Part shown: positions 1 through 8,533 of the stretch, piece by piece
How the letters are laid out: every line of letters starts with the position of its first letter
How positions within the stretch are numbered: position 1 is the stretch's first letter
Source: Candidatus Nomurabacteria bacterium
GTDB lineage: Bacteria > Patescibacteriota > Minisyncoccia > Phycocordibacterales > UBA918
Length of the DNA stretch: 64,000 bases
Direction: 5' to 3'
Assembly: GCA_020632095.1 (NCBI GenBank)
Contig: JACKGF010000001.1
Span: 444,937 to 508,936 of the forward strand
Notes under the pieces: model-generated
Told to the model about the DNA's origin: nothing
The model's input: only the letters and a program-made list of their open reading frames with translations
Databases searched by the model: none
Translations under genes and position numbers: made by a program

Positions 1-111
1 TACAGACACAACTGAATTCATTATTTGAATTATACCACCCGACTTAGCACGCTTTTGCTAGTTGTTAAAACTACTTAAATCCTTTTCAAAAAGGAGTATA
101 CTTATCTCCAT

Positions 112-435
112 ATGAAAGAAATAATACTAACCACCACAGACTACGTACCTCATCGCGAAATAACCGAGATTATTGGTATTGCGCGCGGTAGTACTGTAAG
201 AGCCAGAAACGTCGGACGCGACATCACCGCCATGTTCAAAGGAATTGTCGGAGGAGAGATTTCTGAATACACCAAGCTTCAAGCCGAAGCTCGTGAACAA
301 GCTTTACAGAGAATGGTCGCCGACGCTTCAAGAAATGGGGCTGACGCCATAGTCGGTGTTCGCATCACCACCTCAATGATTATGAACGGTGCGGCCGAAG
401 TCGCCGCCTACGGCACCGCTGTTAAACTTCAATAA
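112..435 (+). CDS. YbjQ/UPF0145 (DUF74) family protein
   Basis: 107 aa; family-typical small protein with Gly-rich MFKGIVGGE and AIVGVR segments; ends TAA. Confidence 0.75.
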   Translation: MKEIILTTTDYVPHREITEIIGIARGSTVRARNVGRDITAMFKGIVGGEISEYTKLQAEAREQALQRMVADASRNGADAIVGVRITTSMIMNGAAEVAAYGTAVKLQ

Positions 436-437
436 AT

Positions 438-548
438 ATGCCTATCGAACTAATCTTCTGGGGATTATTCCTCGCCGGTATCATCTACTTCGCCATCAAA
501 CGCTACTACGACAGCCAAAACGAACACCTAGACGACCGAGATAATTAA
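438..548 (+). CDS. small hydrophobic peptide (36 aa), hypothetical
   Basis: ATG 2 nt after the previous stop; one predicted TM helix (LIFWGLFLAGIIYFAI); below the ORF-track cutoff. Confidence 0.3.
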   Translation: MPIELIFWGLFLAGIIYFAIKRYYDSQNEHLDDRDN

Positions 549-554
549 CATTCT

Positions 555-584
555 AAAAGGCGGTCCCGCGGGACCGCCTTTATT
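555..584. terminator. bidirectional intrinsic terminator hairpin
   Basis: perfect palindrome ggcggtcccgcgggaccgcc flanked by A-run and T-run, between convergent genes. Confidence 0.7.
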
Positions 585-1455
585 AATTACTCGACAAATG
601 AACCAGTCCTTCCATTGCCAACCGACAAATCATGAAGAGACCAGAAAGTAGAACCAACTGTTGGTAAGCAGTATCGAGATTGTGACAGCTAAAATCCACG
701 GAATCACTGCATTTCAAACCACAATAATCCACGCCTTCTGGATAAATACTTAGGTCGGTTGCATTACCATATGTCTGCAAGATGAATCTTCCGTCTCCTA
801 ATATTAGGCAACCACAATCATCAGCTGCCCCAGAACCGAAGTCAGACAACTTAAGAAAACTAAGCTTCATTGCCTGAGCAACTAAGTCACTCAAGACATA
901 CTCACCGTCACCACTCTCAACAACCTGCAGCAACCAGTCGATAACTGGCTTGTGGACACGACCTCCGACCGAGTGACAATGAAAACCGGCTTCCCCCAGC
1001 CTTGGGATAAGAGTGTTTATATTAATCAACTCTAAACAGCCTTTATTATCAACCAAGTCATAGGACATACTCTCAAGAGTTTTAACTATCAAGTTAACCA
1101 TCAAACAAGCATGGCGAACTAATTCAGGTTTAACCAGCAAAACCTTCAGAATTACATCGTCACCATCTCTCGAAAAAGTAATACATCTTCCATAACCAAA
1201 TGGTTCAATCCCGAATAGGTCTTGTCCAAGTGGAATAAATTCCCTTTGTTGAGGCAAATATTCTGCCGCCAGACTTATCCCTGCTTCGCTATTCACTTTC
1301 ATCATATTCTGTTCATACACATCTTCAAACAGACTATGATTAAAAACAAAACCTAAAGCTGGTACCCCCTCGATATTTTCCTCTGGAAAAAAGAATGTGG
1401 GCGTATAAACAAACTTAGGAAAAGTATGTGTCACAAGAATCTCCTTTGATTGCAA
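583..1455 (-). CDS. hypothetical protein, Cys-rich
   Basis: 290 aa ORF; no motif I recognise; multiple Cys/His (CHSVGG, CGC, CGLKC). Confidence 0.5.
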   Translation of the reverse strand: MQSKEILVTHTFPKFVYTPTFFFPEENIEGVPALGFVFNHSLFEDVYEQNMMKVNSEAGISLAAEYLPQQREFIPLGQDLFGIEPFGYGRCITFSRDGDDVILKVLLVKPELVRHACLMVNLIVKTLESMSYDLVDNKGCLELININTLIPRLGEAGFHCHSVGGRVHKPVIDWLLQVVESGDGEYVLSDLVAQAMKLSFLKLSDFGSGAADDCGCLILGDGRFILQTYGNATDLSIYPEGVDYCGLKCSDSVDFSCHNLDTAYQQLVLLSGLFMICRLAMEGLVHLSSN

Positions 1456-1549
1456 AAAATGTCACGATTCAAAAAAACAAACCCTGACACTACTATGGGT
1501 CAAAAATTTATTTACGCAAGTTTTAGGCTAAAGAAGTACTCTTGAAGCA

Positions 1550-2233
1550 CTACCTTGAAGCTCGTCTTTGTTCGATTTCGGCGTGATTACCATTGACGAA
1601 AACTGGGGGGACTGGGTATTTCTTTTTCTTGTATTCAAAGACTTCAGGGCGGGTGTAGGTTTCGCCGTTGGTGATGCGGTCGTCTTCTAGTGAATCGTGG
1701 GTACCGAGTACGCCAGCCACCTGTCGCGCTGTCGCGTCAATAATCGAAAGGGCTGGTAATTCCCCACCAGTCAAAATGTAATCACCAACACTCACTTCTT
1801 CCGCCTTCAAAGCTTCCTTTACTCGACTGTCTATACCCTCGTAACGACCAGAAATAATTACTAGGTGATCGTATTTTTTTATATAATCCTTTGCAAAAGC
1901 CTGGGTAAAGACCGTACCGCGCGGAGACATGATCAAAGTCTTCACTTTCTTCTGGTCTTTTTTTCGCCCCACTGCTTTTTGCCAAGCTTTCAGAATTGGC
2001 TCCGCCTGCATCACCATCCCTGGCCCACCGCCGTATGGCTTGTCATCGATTTTTTTATGTTTGTTATTAGAAAAATCACGCGGGTTATAATAACTAACCG
2101 AAATTTTCTTCCCTCGTACTTTAGAACCTTTCCCCTTGTCCGTTTTCTGCGCCCGCCCCAAAACACTAGCATCCGTATACGCCTGACAAACCTCTGGAAA
2201 TAATGTAATTACGTGAAAGTTCATAAAAAGCAC
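1550..2233 (-). CDS. trmD: tRNA (guanine37-N1)-methyltransferase
   Basis: MNFHVITLFPE N-terminus, YGGGPGMVM SAM-binding loop, SVSYYNPRDF; follows rpsP as in the canonical operon. Confidence 0.9.
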   Translation of the reverse strand: MLFMNFHVITLFPEVCQAYTDASVLGRAQKTDKGKGSKVRGKKISVSYYNPRDFSNNKHKKIDDKPYGGGPGMVMQAEPILKAWQKAVGRKKDQKKVKTLIMSPRGTVFTQAFAKDYIKKYDHLVIISGRYEGIDSRVKEALKAEEVSVGDYILTGGELPALSIIDATARQVAGVLGTHDSLEDDRITNGETYTRPEVFEYKKKKYPVPPVFVNGNHAEIEQRRASR

Positions 2234-2662
2234 TTATAGGGGATTGATTTTTAAATTTTTCAATAATTGCGAGTGCAAGGGTGTAGGTAAACTATCAGCC
2301 GTAAACCAACCGATTTCATCGTGTTTATCTGGCTCGTTATTTACTACTTGCTCAGGATCAACCAACACTTTGAAAGCAAAACTTATCCAATGTGTAGAAA
2401 CTCCATCATGTTCCCGAAAAACTTCGCGGTGACCGAGACTCTCTAAAGAAACAATATCCGCGCCATACTCTTCTTTTACTTCACGCGACAATCCGTCGGC
2501 AATAGTTTCGCCAAATTTCAGACCGCCGCCGCCAAAATCCCAGCAACCATGCTCATCTCTACAATTAACATTTCGGCGATGCATTACATAATTACCTTTT
2601 CCATCATGACAGCGAAAAGCCACTGATACACCAATATAATCAATTCCCTTTTTCATAAACAA
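2234..2662 (-). CDS. NUDIX hydrolase
   Basis: canonical Nudix box GGGLKFGETIADGLSREVKEEYG (G-x5-E-x7-REVxEExG). Confidence 0.8.
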   Translation of the reverse strand: MFMKKGIDYIGVSVAFRCHDGKGNYVMHRRNVNCRDEHGCWDFGGGGLKFGETIADGLSREVKEEYGADIVSLESLGHREVFREHDGVSTHWISFAFKVLVDPEQVVNNEPDKHDEIGWFTADSLPTPLHSQLLKNLKINPL

Positions 2663-2742
2663 ATCCTAACATAAAACAGAGTGTGCGACAGCCTTCCTTC
2701 ACACAAGGAGAGGAGTTGTAGATATCATCACTCCGGTAGCGA

Positions 2743-2881
2743 AGCATCATTGTTGAGCGAGCATCTGCAGACATCTGGCCAGTCAAAGAAAAAACCAGAT
2801 GACTATCTGGTTTTTTCTTTGCAGATGTCGAAGCCGAAGTAAAATTCTGCTGAGAATTTTACGGTCGCTCAACAATGATGC
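2743..2881. terminator. nested inverted-repeat element with a 16-bp perfect hairpin, likely attenuator/terminator
   Basis: outer IR catcattgttgagcgag / gtcgctcaacaatgatg; inner perfect hairpin aaagaaaaaaccagat-gact-atctggttttttcttt; second hairpin gtaaaattc-tgctga-gaattttac. Confidence 0.5.
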
Positions 2882-2888
2882 GAGTGGT

Positions 2889-3284
2889 TTATATCTTTAG
2901 GTCGTCGATGGCTTGGTCTAGTGACTTAGGCGCAACCGCAGGATTATCTTCTTTCATCGCTTCTGACATTTCTTGGTTCATTCGCTGTCCACCTTCTGGC
3001 TCGTTAATCTTAAGATTAACTCGTGCGTCATGCTTCATTCCCACTACTCGCAGTAGGGTTCTGATAGCTTTAGCAGTGTTGCCTGAGCGACCGATAATCT
3101 TTCCCATATCATCAGCGTGCACATCAAGTGTGAGCAAAACTCCCATCTCATCAACCGTACGGTTAATTTTAACTGAGTCTGGATTATCAACTAATGCTTT
3201 AACTAGGCTCTCTAGAAATTGCTTATCTTCGTGCGTATCCATATTCTTATCTATAACTGGTAAGCAGTCGTTGCGGTAATGCAA
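2889..3284 (-). CDS. KH-domain RNA-binding protein (YlqC/UPF0109-like)
   Basis: KH core GKIIGRSGNTAKAIRTLL; positioned directly after rpsP. Confidence 0.7.
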   Translation of the reverse strand: MHYRNDCLPVIDKNMDTHEDKQFLESLVKALVDNPDSVKINRTVDEMGVLLTLDVHADDMGKIIGRSGNTAKAIRTLLRVVGMKHDARVNLKINEPEGGQRMNQEMSEAMKEDNPAVAPKSLDQAIDDLKI

Positions 3285-3344
3285 CGCGCTATTAAAATAA
3301 TACGAGAGTGTCGCGTGCTAGTCAACCAACAAAAGTGAATTAAC

Positions 3345-3779
3345 TTAAGCTGCTACCTTTTCTGCTTCAACTTCTTCCTTCGGTGCTTCAACTGTTTCAG
3401 ATTCTGCTTCAACTGGAGTTTCTTCTACAGGAGCACTAGCTTCTTCTGCAGCGGCTTTAGCCTCTGCCTCTTCAGCAGCTTTCTTGATAGCAGCTTCATC
3501 AACAATCGGTGACTTCTTTGGTAGAACGTTAATCTTCTTGCCAGTAATCACTTTTTGATTGATTAGAATATTGTGTACTGTATCTGAAGGTTGTACTCCC
3601 TTAGCCAACCATTCCTTAGCTTTTTCGGCATCAATTTGTACCAAATTTGATTTTGGGTTGTATGAACCAAGACGGTCGACGTGTCGATCGCTTTTAACAC
3701 TGGTTCGTTTGTCAGTTACCACAATTCGGAACGACGGATCGTTCTTGCGGCCTACTCGTTGTAAACGCATCATTAACAT
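3345..3779 (-). CDS. rpsP: 30S ribosomal protein S16 with Ala/Glu-rich C-terminal extension
   Basis: MLMMRLQRVGRKNDPSFRIVVTD...LGSYNP S16 signature. Confidence 0.9.
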   Translation of the reverse strand: MLMMRLQRVGRKNDPSFRIVVTDKRTSVKSDRHVDRLGSYNPKSNLVQIDAEKAKEWLAKGVQPSDTVHNILINQKVITGKKINVLPKKSPIVDEAAIKKAAEEAEAKAAAEEASAPVEETPVEAESETVEAPKEEVEAEKVAA

Positions 3780-3867
3780 AGTGGCGACAGCATATCAGAG
3801 TATGTAAAAAGGTCAATAGCAAGCCTTGTCCAACACAAGAATACACTAACCTAACTGTAGACTTTTC

Positions 3868-3900
3868 ATTAGGGGTCTCATTAGGGGTCTGACCCCTAAT
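3868..3900. repeat. REP-like palindrome copy 1, with 12-nt partial duplicate
   Basis: attaggggtctgacccctaat at 3880-3900 preceded by a partial attaggggtct; followed by a conserved 20-mer aactctgtttttataatatc. Confidence 0.7.
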
Positions 3901-3980
3901 GGGATAATTTATAACTCTGTTTTTATAATATCTCTATTAAAGCACCAAGGAAAGGCCTAGGCGGAATAATCTTAAAGGGT

Positions 3981-4700
3981 GTGATATGCAGGAATTTTAC
4001 AAAAATTCCACCTGTGGTAACGTGCACACAGATCAGAACCTTACACAGGAGAACGCTAGTGAAAAAGACTGAACTCTTTACCAGTACTGGCCATGATGAG
4101 CTCAGTCTTGAGCTCAAAAGACTTCTTACTAAAGCTGGGCTGAAAAGTTTTAGTCAGCTCTCCGAATTTACCCGCCTTGGTCTACTCGAATTAATCCCTG
4201 AGCTCAAAGTTCGCCATTTGGTCAACTTGGAGCTAGCTTTAGAGATAAGAGATCTTTTTTTTCAACCAGACAACAGCATCCAGCTTGATTTGTTCATTAA
4301 TCAAAGGAAGCTTTTTGAACTATGGAAAAAGGGCGTCTACACCTACGAACAACTCGACAAGTTACCTTTTGCAGAGTTTGCCGTAGCAATGGGAGGGCCA
4401 CACTCGCGCTTTTTTAGAAGAAGAGTTGATGCCGAGAGTTGGGCCAAAGAACATGGAATAGCGAAAAAACTGTTCGAGATTCTCTACCTTACCTCCCGAA
4501 CCGCTTGGTTGCTTTATGCCGGCGGCATCACTAGTCTAGAAGAAACGGTGATAAAGAGCGATTTCGAGTTGGCACAGATACTACAGCCCAGTTTTGGTCT
4601 CAACGGGATTAAGCTACTGCCTTTGACCAGAAAAAGACTGCTTGAGATCAAATTCGCTCTTTTAAAAGCAGGTATCCACCGCCCCTGCATGCCGCTCTGA
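3981..4700 (+). CDS. hypothetical protein with helix-hairpin-helix-like motifs (passenger gene between REPs)
   Basis: 239 aa; RBS aaaggg 6 nt upstream; three L-x-x-AG-I/L-x-S HhH-like segments. Confidence 0.4.
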   Translation: MICRNFTKIPPVVTCTQIRTLHRRTLVKKTELFTSTGHDELSLELKRLLTKAGLKSFSQLSEFTRLGLLELIPELKVRHLVNLELALEIRDLFFQPDNSIQLDLFINQRKLFELWKKGVYTYEQLDKLPFAEFAVAMGGPHSRFFRRRVDAESWAKEHGIAKKLFEILYLTSRTAWLLYAGGITSLEETVIKSDFELAQILQPSFGLNGIKLLPLTRKRLLEIKFALLKAGIHRPCMPL

Positions 4701-4863
4701 CTTTTGTCAGAGCTTTTTTTTACAAAAATAATAGGTTCTGATCTATTAGATAATGAGCCAAAAAACACAAAGTATGGGTCAAGGCAGATTTTCAGAATAG
4801 TACAGTTAACTGCACTATTCTTGAAAGGGCTGTTTTGGTGTTTAATTAGGCTTCAAAGAATTC

Positions 4864-4884
4864 ATTAGGGGTCTGACCCCTAAT
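4864..4884. repeat. REP-like palindrome copy 2
   Basis: exact attaggggtctgacccctaat just 3' of the transposase stop; followed by the same 20-mer as copy 1. Confidence 0.7.
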
Positions 4885-4889
4885 AGAAA

Positions 4890-5513
4890 TCACAACTCTG
4901 TTTTTATAATATCCCTCTGTTTTGCAATTGAGCGGGCTAATTTTTGTGCTTCTTTGTAATCATAAGGATTTTCTACTTCAGGCAGTATTATTGAGTGAGA
5001 TTGTTTTTGATAGTGTGGAGAACTGGAATAAAAAACATCATCCCCTCTTTGTACTTTGTGTACATAATGATTTTCATTCACATACACAAAAAGATATTGG
5101 TAATATTCTTGTGTATCAATATGAATCCGCTTAAACCTACCCTGCAATAAAGTGCCAGATCGATCGTAACGATCATTAAAATATGATGTATAACCACCCT
5201 GAAGCCGTTTCATAAATTCACTAACACCTCCATCAGTAAGTTGTTCGACAATAAGATGAAAATGGTTCGACACCAGCGCATACGCGTGAATTTGTACCAG
5301 CTTATCTGAATCCAATCTTTCCTTACTTTTTGCATATTCAAAATTAAAAGTGGGGTTGGAGACATTAAAAACATCAAGAGAATCATAAAACCTTATGTAA
5401 TCATTTTTTGAAGAAAAGATTTTACGTTTATCAACTCCTCGATTATAAACGTGATATCTTTCACCATTCACTAAGGGAATTACTTTACGTGCCATAAGAA
5501 CATCATAACACAT
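4890..5513 (-). CDS. IS200-like Y1 (HuH) transposase, REP-associated tyrosine transposase-like
   Basis: YHVYNRG, IFSSKNDYIRFYDSL, HuH motif SNHFHLIVE, catalytic-Tyr block YTSYFNDRYDRSGTLLQGRFK; flanked by palindromes. Confidence 0.8.
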   Translation of the reverse strand: MCYDVLMARKVIPLVNGERYHVYNRGVDKRKIFSSKNDYIRFYDSLDVFNVSNPTFNFEYAKSKERLDSDKLVQIHAYALVSNHFHLIVEQLTDGGVSEFMKRLQGGYTSYFNDRYDRSGTLLQGRFKRIHIDTQEYYQYLFVYVNENHYVHKVQRGDDVFYSSSPHYQKQSHSIILPEVENPYDYKEAQKLARSIAKQRDIIKTEL

Positions 5514-5515
5514 CT

Positions 5516-5536
5516 ATTAGGGGTCTGACCCCTAAT
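5516..5536. repeat. REP-like palindrome copy 3
   Basis: exact attaggggtctgacccctaat 3 nt upstream of the transposase start codon. Confidence 0.7.
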
Positions 5537-5693
5537 AACACTACAAATTTTGACCCTTTACAAAGGGTTACCCTTGGTAAATTTGTCCTTGGGCGATAAA
5601 GGAGAGCTTTGGGGGGCAAGGACAAAAAGTGTTGTTATTGGGGGTAAAAAAGGTATACTGCGTGCTATGAATAATACCCATGAAGGAGTCATA

Positions 5694-7604
5694 ATGATTC
5701 GCGGTAAGGGCACAGGATTTGTGGCCCACCCAGATTTTACTGAAGATATAGTCATTAAGCGCGAAGCCCTTGGCTTCGCGCTCGACGGTGACATTGTTGA
5801 AATAACCTTAAATCCAAAAGTCCTTGGCCGCCGCCAGGACGGGAAAGTCACACGAGTCATTAAAAGCGCGCACCGCGAGCTAATCGGTGTAGTTAAAGAA
5901 AAAACCGAAAACGGAAAGTCAATAAAATTTCTCCAGCCCGATAACCGCCGGATCCACATTCGCCCGTTACTACCAGAAGCAACTGCTAACGACCTCGGAA
6001 TGAAAGTGGTAGTGGAAATTTCTAGCTGGACGAATCCAACCTCCGACCCAAGTGCCAAAATAGTTGAGACCATCGGCCGCGCTGGTGACCACGAAACAGA
6101 AATGCAAGCAATTATTCGCTCAGGTGGTTTTTCTAAAGAATTTCCTGAATCTGTACAACAAGCAGCACATGAACTTTACGAAAACAAAGAACAAATTTTT
6201 GCTGATGCTCTCAAAGACCCAAAACGTCGAGACGTACGCGGTGTAACTACCATGACTATAGACCCAGCTGACGCTAAGGATTTTGATGATGCTCTATCTA
6301 TTCAAACATTACCCAACGGAAATGTTGAGATCGGTATCCATATTGCTGATGTGTCGCACTATGTAGTTGCTGGCGAACCACTAGATCTAGAAGCGATTGA
6401 ACGCGGAACTTCAGTTTATTTAGTTGACCGTGTAATTCCCATGCTCCCTGAAGTACTTTCCAACGACCTGTGTTCCCTACGACCCAATGAAGACCGCTTA
6501 GCCTTCTCTGCTATTTTTGAACTAGATAGCAACGCTGGCATTATCAACTCTTGGTACGGACAAACCATCATTCATTCCGACAAGCGTTTTAGTTATGAAG
6601 ACGCTCAAGCAGTACTAGATAATAATTCTGGAGAATATCTCGAAGAACTGACAACCATGATGACTCTGGGAAGAATCCTGCGTAAACAACGTTATGCAAA
6701 AGGCGCTATCGCTTTCGAACAACCAGAAGTGAAGTTTGAATTAGATGAGCGCGGTGCCCCTATTCGAGCCTACAAAAAACACCGGACTGAAACTATGCTA
6801 ATGATTGAAGACTTCATGCTCTTAGCTAACCGTGAAGTAGCAACTTTCATTAACAAAAAAGCTAAAGACCAAAACAAGGATCTAACTTTTGTCTACCGCA
6901 TTCACGATGTACCAAATCCCGATAAGATTGAAGAACTAGCAACCTTTGTACACGCTCTTGGCTACGAATTCGAAACTAAAAAAGGAGTGGTTGATGCTAA
7001 AGCTATCAATCAATTAATGAAAGACGTGGAAGGTAAGTCTGAAGAAAACCTAATCAAGACCGCTAGTATCCGTTCCATGGCGAAAGCGATTTATTCCACC
7101 AAGAACATCGGCCACTTCGGTCTCGCTTTCGGCTTCTACACTCACTTCACTTCCCCAATTCGACGCTACCCCGACTTAATGGCCCACCGGATGTTAAGAA
7201 CCCACCTAGACGGACAAACTATCGGACCAAAAGAAACAGCCAAATACCAACAAATCTCAGTTCAGTCATCCGAACGTGAAATGGAAGCAGTCTCAGCCGA
7301 ACGCGATTCAATCAAGTTCAAGCAAGTTGAATACATGTTGAATAAAGTGAGTGAAGAATTTGACGGCGTTATTACCGGCGTAGCCGATTGGGGTATCTAC
7401 GTCCAAGACCAAGAATCCATGTCTGAAGGAATGGTTCGACTAGCTACTATAAAAAGTGATTTCTTCGAACACGAAGCCAAGAAGTATCGTATCAAAGGCC
7501 AGCGTCACGGAAAGGTGTACCGACTGGGTGATGAGGTAAGAGTGAAACTGGTACGAGCCGATAAAGACGAGAGGCAATTGGATTTTGAATTGATTGAGAA
7601 GTAA
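5694..7604 (+). CDS. rnr: ribonuclease R / RNase II family exoribonuclease (RNB plus C-terminal S1)
   Basis: RNB catalytic region DPADAKDFDDALS; C-terminal S1-like GVITGVADWGIYV; start chosen at the in-frame ATG with RBS aaggag (the upstream ORF runs from 5550). Confidence 0.85.
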   Translation: MIRGKGTGFVAHPDFTEDIVIKREALGFALDGDIVEITLNPKVLGRRQDGKVTRVIKSAHRELIGVVKEKTENGKSIKFLQPDNRRIHIRPLLPEATANDLGMKVVVEISSWTNPTSDPSAKIVETIGRAGDHETEMQAIIRSGGFSKEFPESVQQAAHELYENKEQIFADALKDPKRRDVRGVTTMTIDPADAKDFDDALSIQTLPNGNVEIGIHIADVSHYVVAGEPLDLEAIERGTSVYLVDRVIPMLPEVLSNDLCSLRPNEDRLAFSAIFELDSNAGIINSWYGQTIIHSDKRFSYEDAQAVLDNNSGEYLEELTTMMTLGRILRKQRYAKGAIAFEQPEVKFELDERGAPIRAYKKHRTETMLMIEDFMLLANREVATFINKKAKDQNKDLTFVYRIHDVPNPDKIEELATFVHALGYEFETKKGVVDAKAINQLMKDVEGKSEENLIKTASIRSMAKAIYSTKNIGHFGLAFGFYTHFTSPIRRYPDLMAHRMLRTHLDGQTIGPKETAKYQQISVQSSEREMEAVSAERDSIKFKQVEYMLNKVSEEFDGVITGVADWGIYVQDQESMSEGMVRLATIKSDFFEHEAKKYRIKGQRHGKVYRLGDEVRVKLVRADKDERQLDFELIEK

Positions 7605-7608
7605 AGAG

Positions 7609-7672
7609 ACGGGCGGGTAAAGTAAAACGGCCGACGCAAAAAGCGCCGGCCGTTTTACTTTACCCGCCCTCA
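7609..7672. terminator. very long perfect hairpin (23 bp plus a further 3 bp), bidirectional terminator
   Basis: gggcgggtaaagtaaaacggccg ... cggccgttttactttacccgccc, loop acgcaaaaagcgc; between convergent rnr and the PEP-CTERM gene. Confidence 0.65.
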
Positions 7673-7761
7673 CCCCAACCCTGAGACACATTAACTATAA
7701 TATTAAAAAGAGCGGGAAGGAGTCATAGTGACCCTCCCCGCCTTCTGTCGCTCCCAACAAT

Positions 7762-8424
7762 TCAGGGCGATTTCTTTACCAAAACCTCAGACACTTTCTT
7801 CTGCCGAGATTGAATGTAACCCATCCCAAGCAGGCCGAGTGCCAGCAAAACCAGCGACCCTGGTTCCGGAACGGAACCACTAGGTGGATTTCCGCCACCG
7901 CCAGATCCTGAACCACCGCTGGTACTTGGAATCCAGGGGTTGTTTACAGGAGTAAACAACAAAGTAACCGGCAATGTACCACCGTTAGAAATCACACCCC
8001 CACTGGCACCGGTCCATACCATGTTAAAAAAGAAAAATGGATATGTTTGACCAGTAACTTGCACAGTAAACAGATCCGACGGATCATCGAGTATCCAGGC
8101 TGGATCTGTGGGGACCGAAAGAATCGATCCTGCACCATCAAGCTGAGTACTCACCCACGCATAGAATGAATCACCAGCTATTCCCGACATAGATACATTA
8201 TATGCAGGAATAGACAAGTTGGTGCCAAACGCAAACGAATAGACTGGGTTTGTTTGACTCAATCCTCCGTTGAAATTTGGCGTAACTTCCAACGGGTTGA
8301 AGTCACTGACTACGCTTTGATCGTAAATCTCAACAACAGGCAGCGCAGCTGCCGAAACTGGCGCCGTCAAAAACGAAAAAGCGAACAGTACCGAGGCCAA
8401 AATGGCCAAAACTTTCTGTTTCAT
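7762..8424 (-). CDS. secreted protein with PEP-CTERM-like sorting signal
   Basis: N-terminal signal peptide; C-terminal Gly-rich segment then VPEPGSLVLLALGLLGMGYIQSRQKK (PEP motif, TM, basic cluster). Confidence 0.55.
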   Translation of the reverse strand: MKQKVLAILASVLFAFSFLTAPVSAAALPVVEIYDQSVVSDFNPLEVTPNFNGGLSQTNPVYSFAFGTNLSIPAYNVSMSGIAGDSFYAWVSTQLDGAGSILSVPTDPAWILDDPSDLFTVQVTGQTYPFFFFNMVWTGASGGVISNGGTLPVTLLFTPVNNPWIPSTSGGSGSGGGGNPPSGSVPEPGSLVLLALGLLGMGYIQSRQKKVSEVLVKKSP

Positions 8425-8533
8425 TGTACTTCTCCTTGTATAAATTACATAGAGCTTGCAGCAGTCGACGACTGCCCTCCTCCAATTTCAAACCATAACA
8501 TTTATGAAATAATAATCAAGGTGTACAGTCGAC

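Larger units (their letters stand above)
3868..5536. mobile_element. REP-RAYT-like unit: palindrome, passenger gene, palindrome, Y1 transposase, palindrome
   Basis: three identical 21-nt palindromes bracket two genes; a remnant ...DIIKTEL-stop coding fragment lies next to copy 1. Confidence 0.6.

Noticed and set aside
3923-4117. 64-aa minus-strand ORF overlapping the HhH gene start and REP copy 1
   Set aside because: It runs antisense to a better-supported ORF and through the REP palindrome. A remnant transposase C-terminus (DIIKTEL) is in a different frame.
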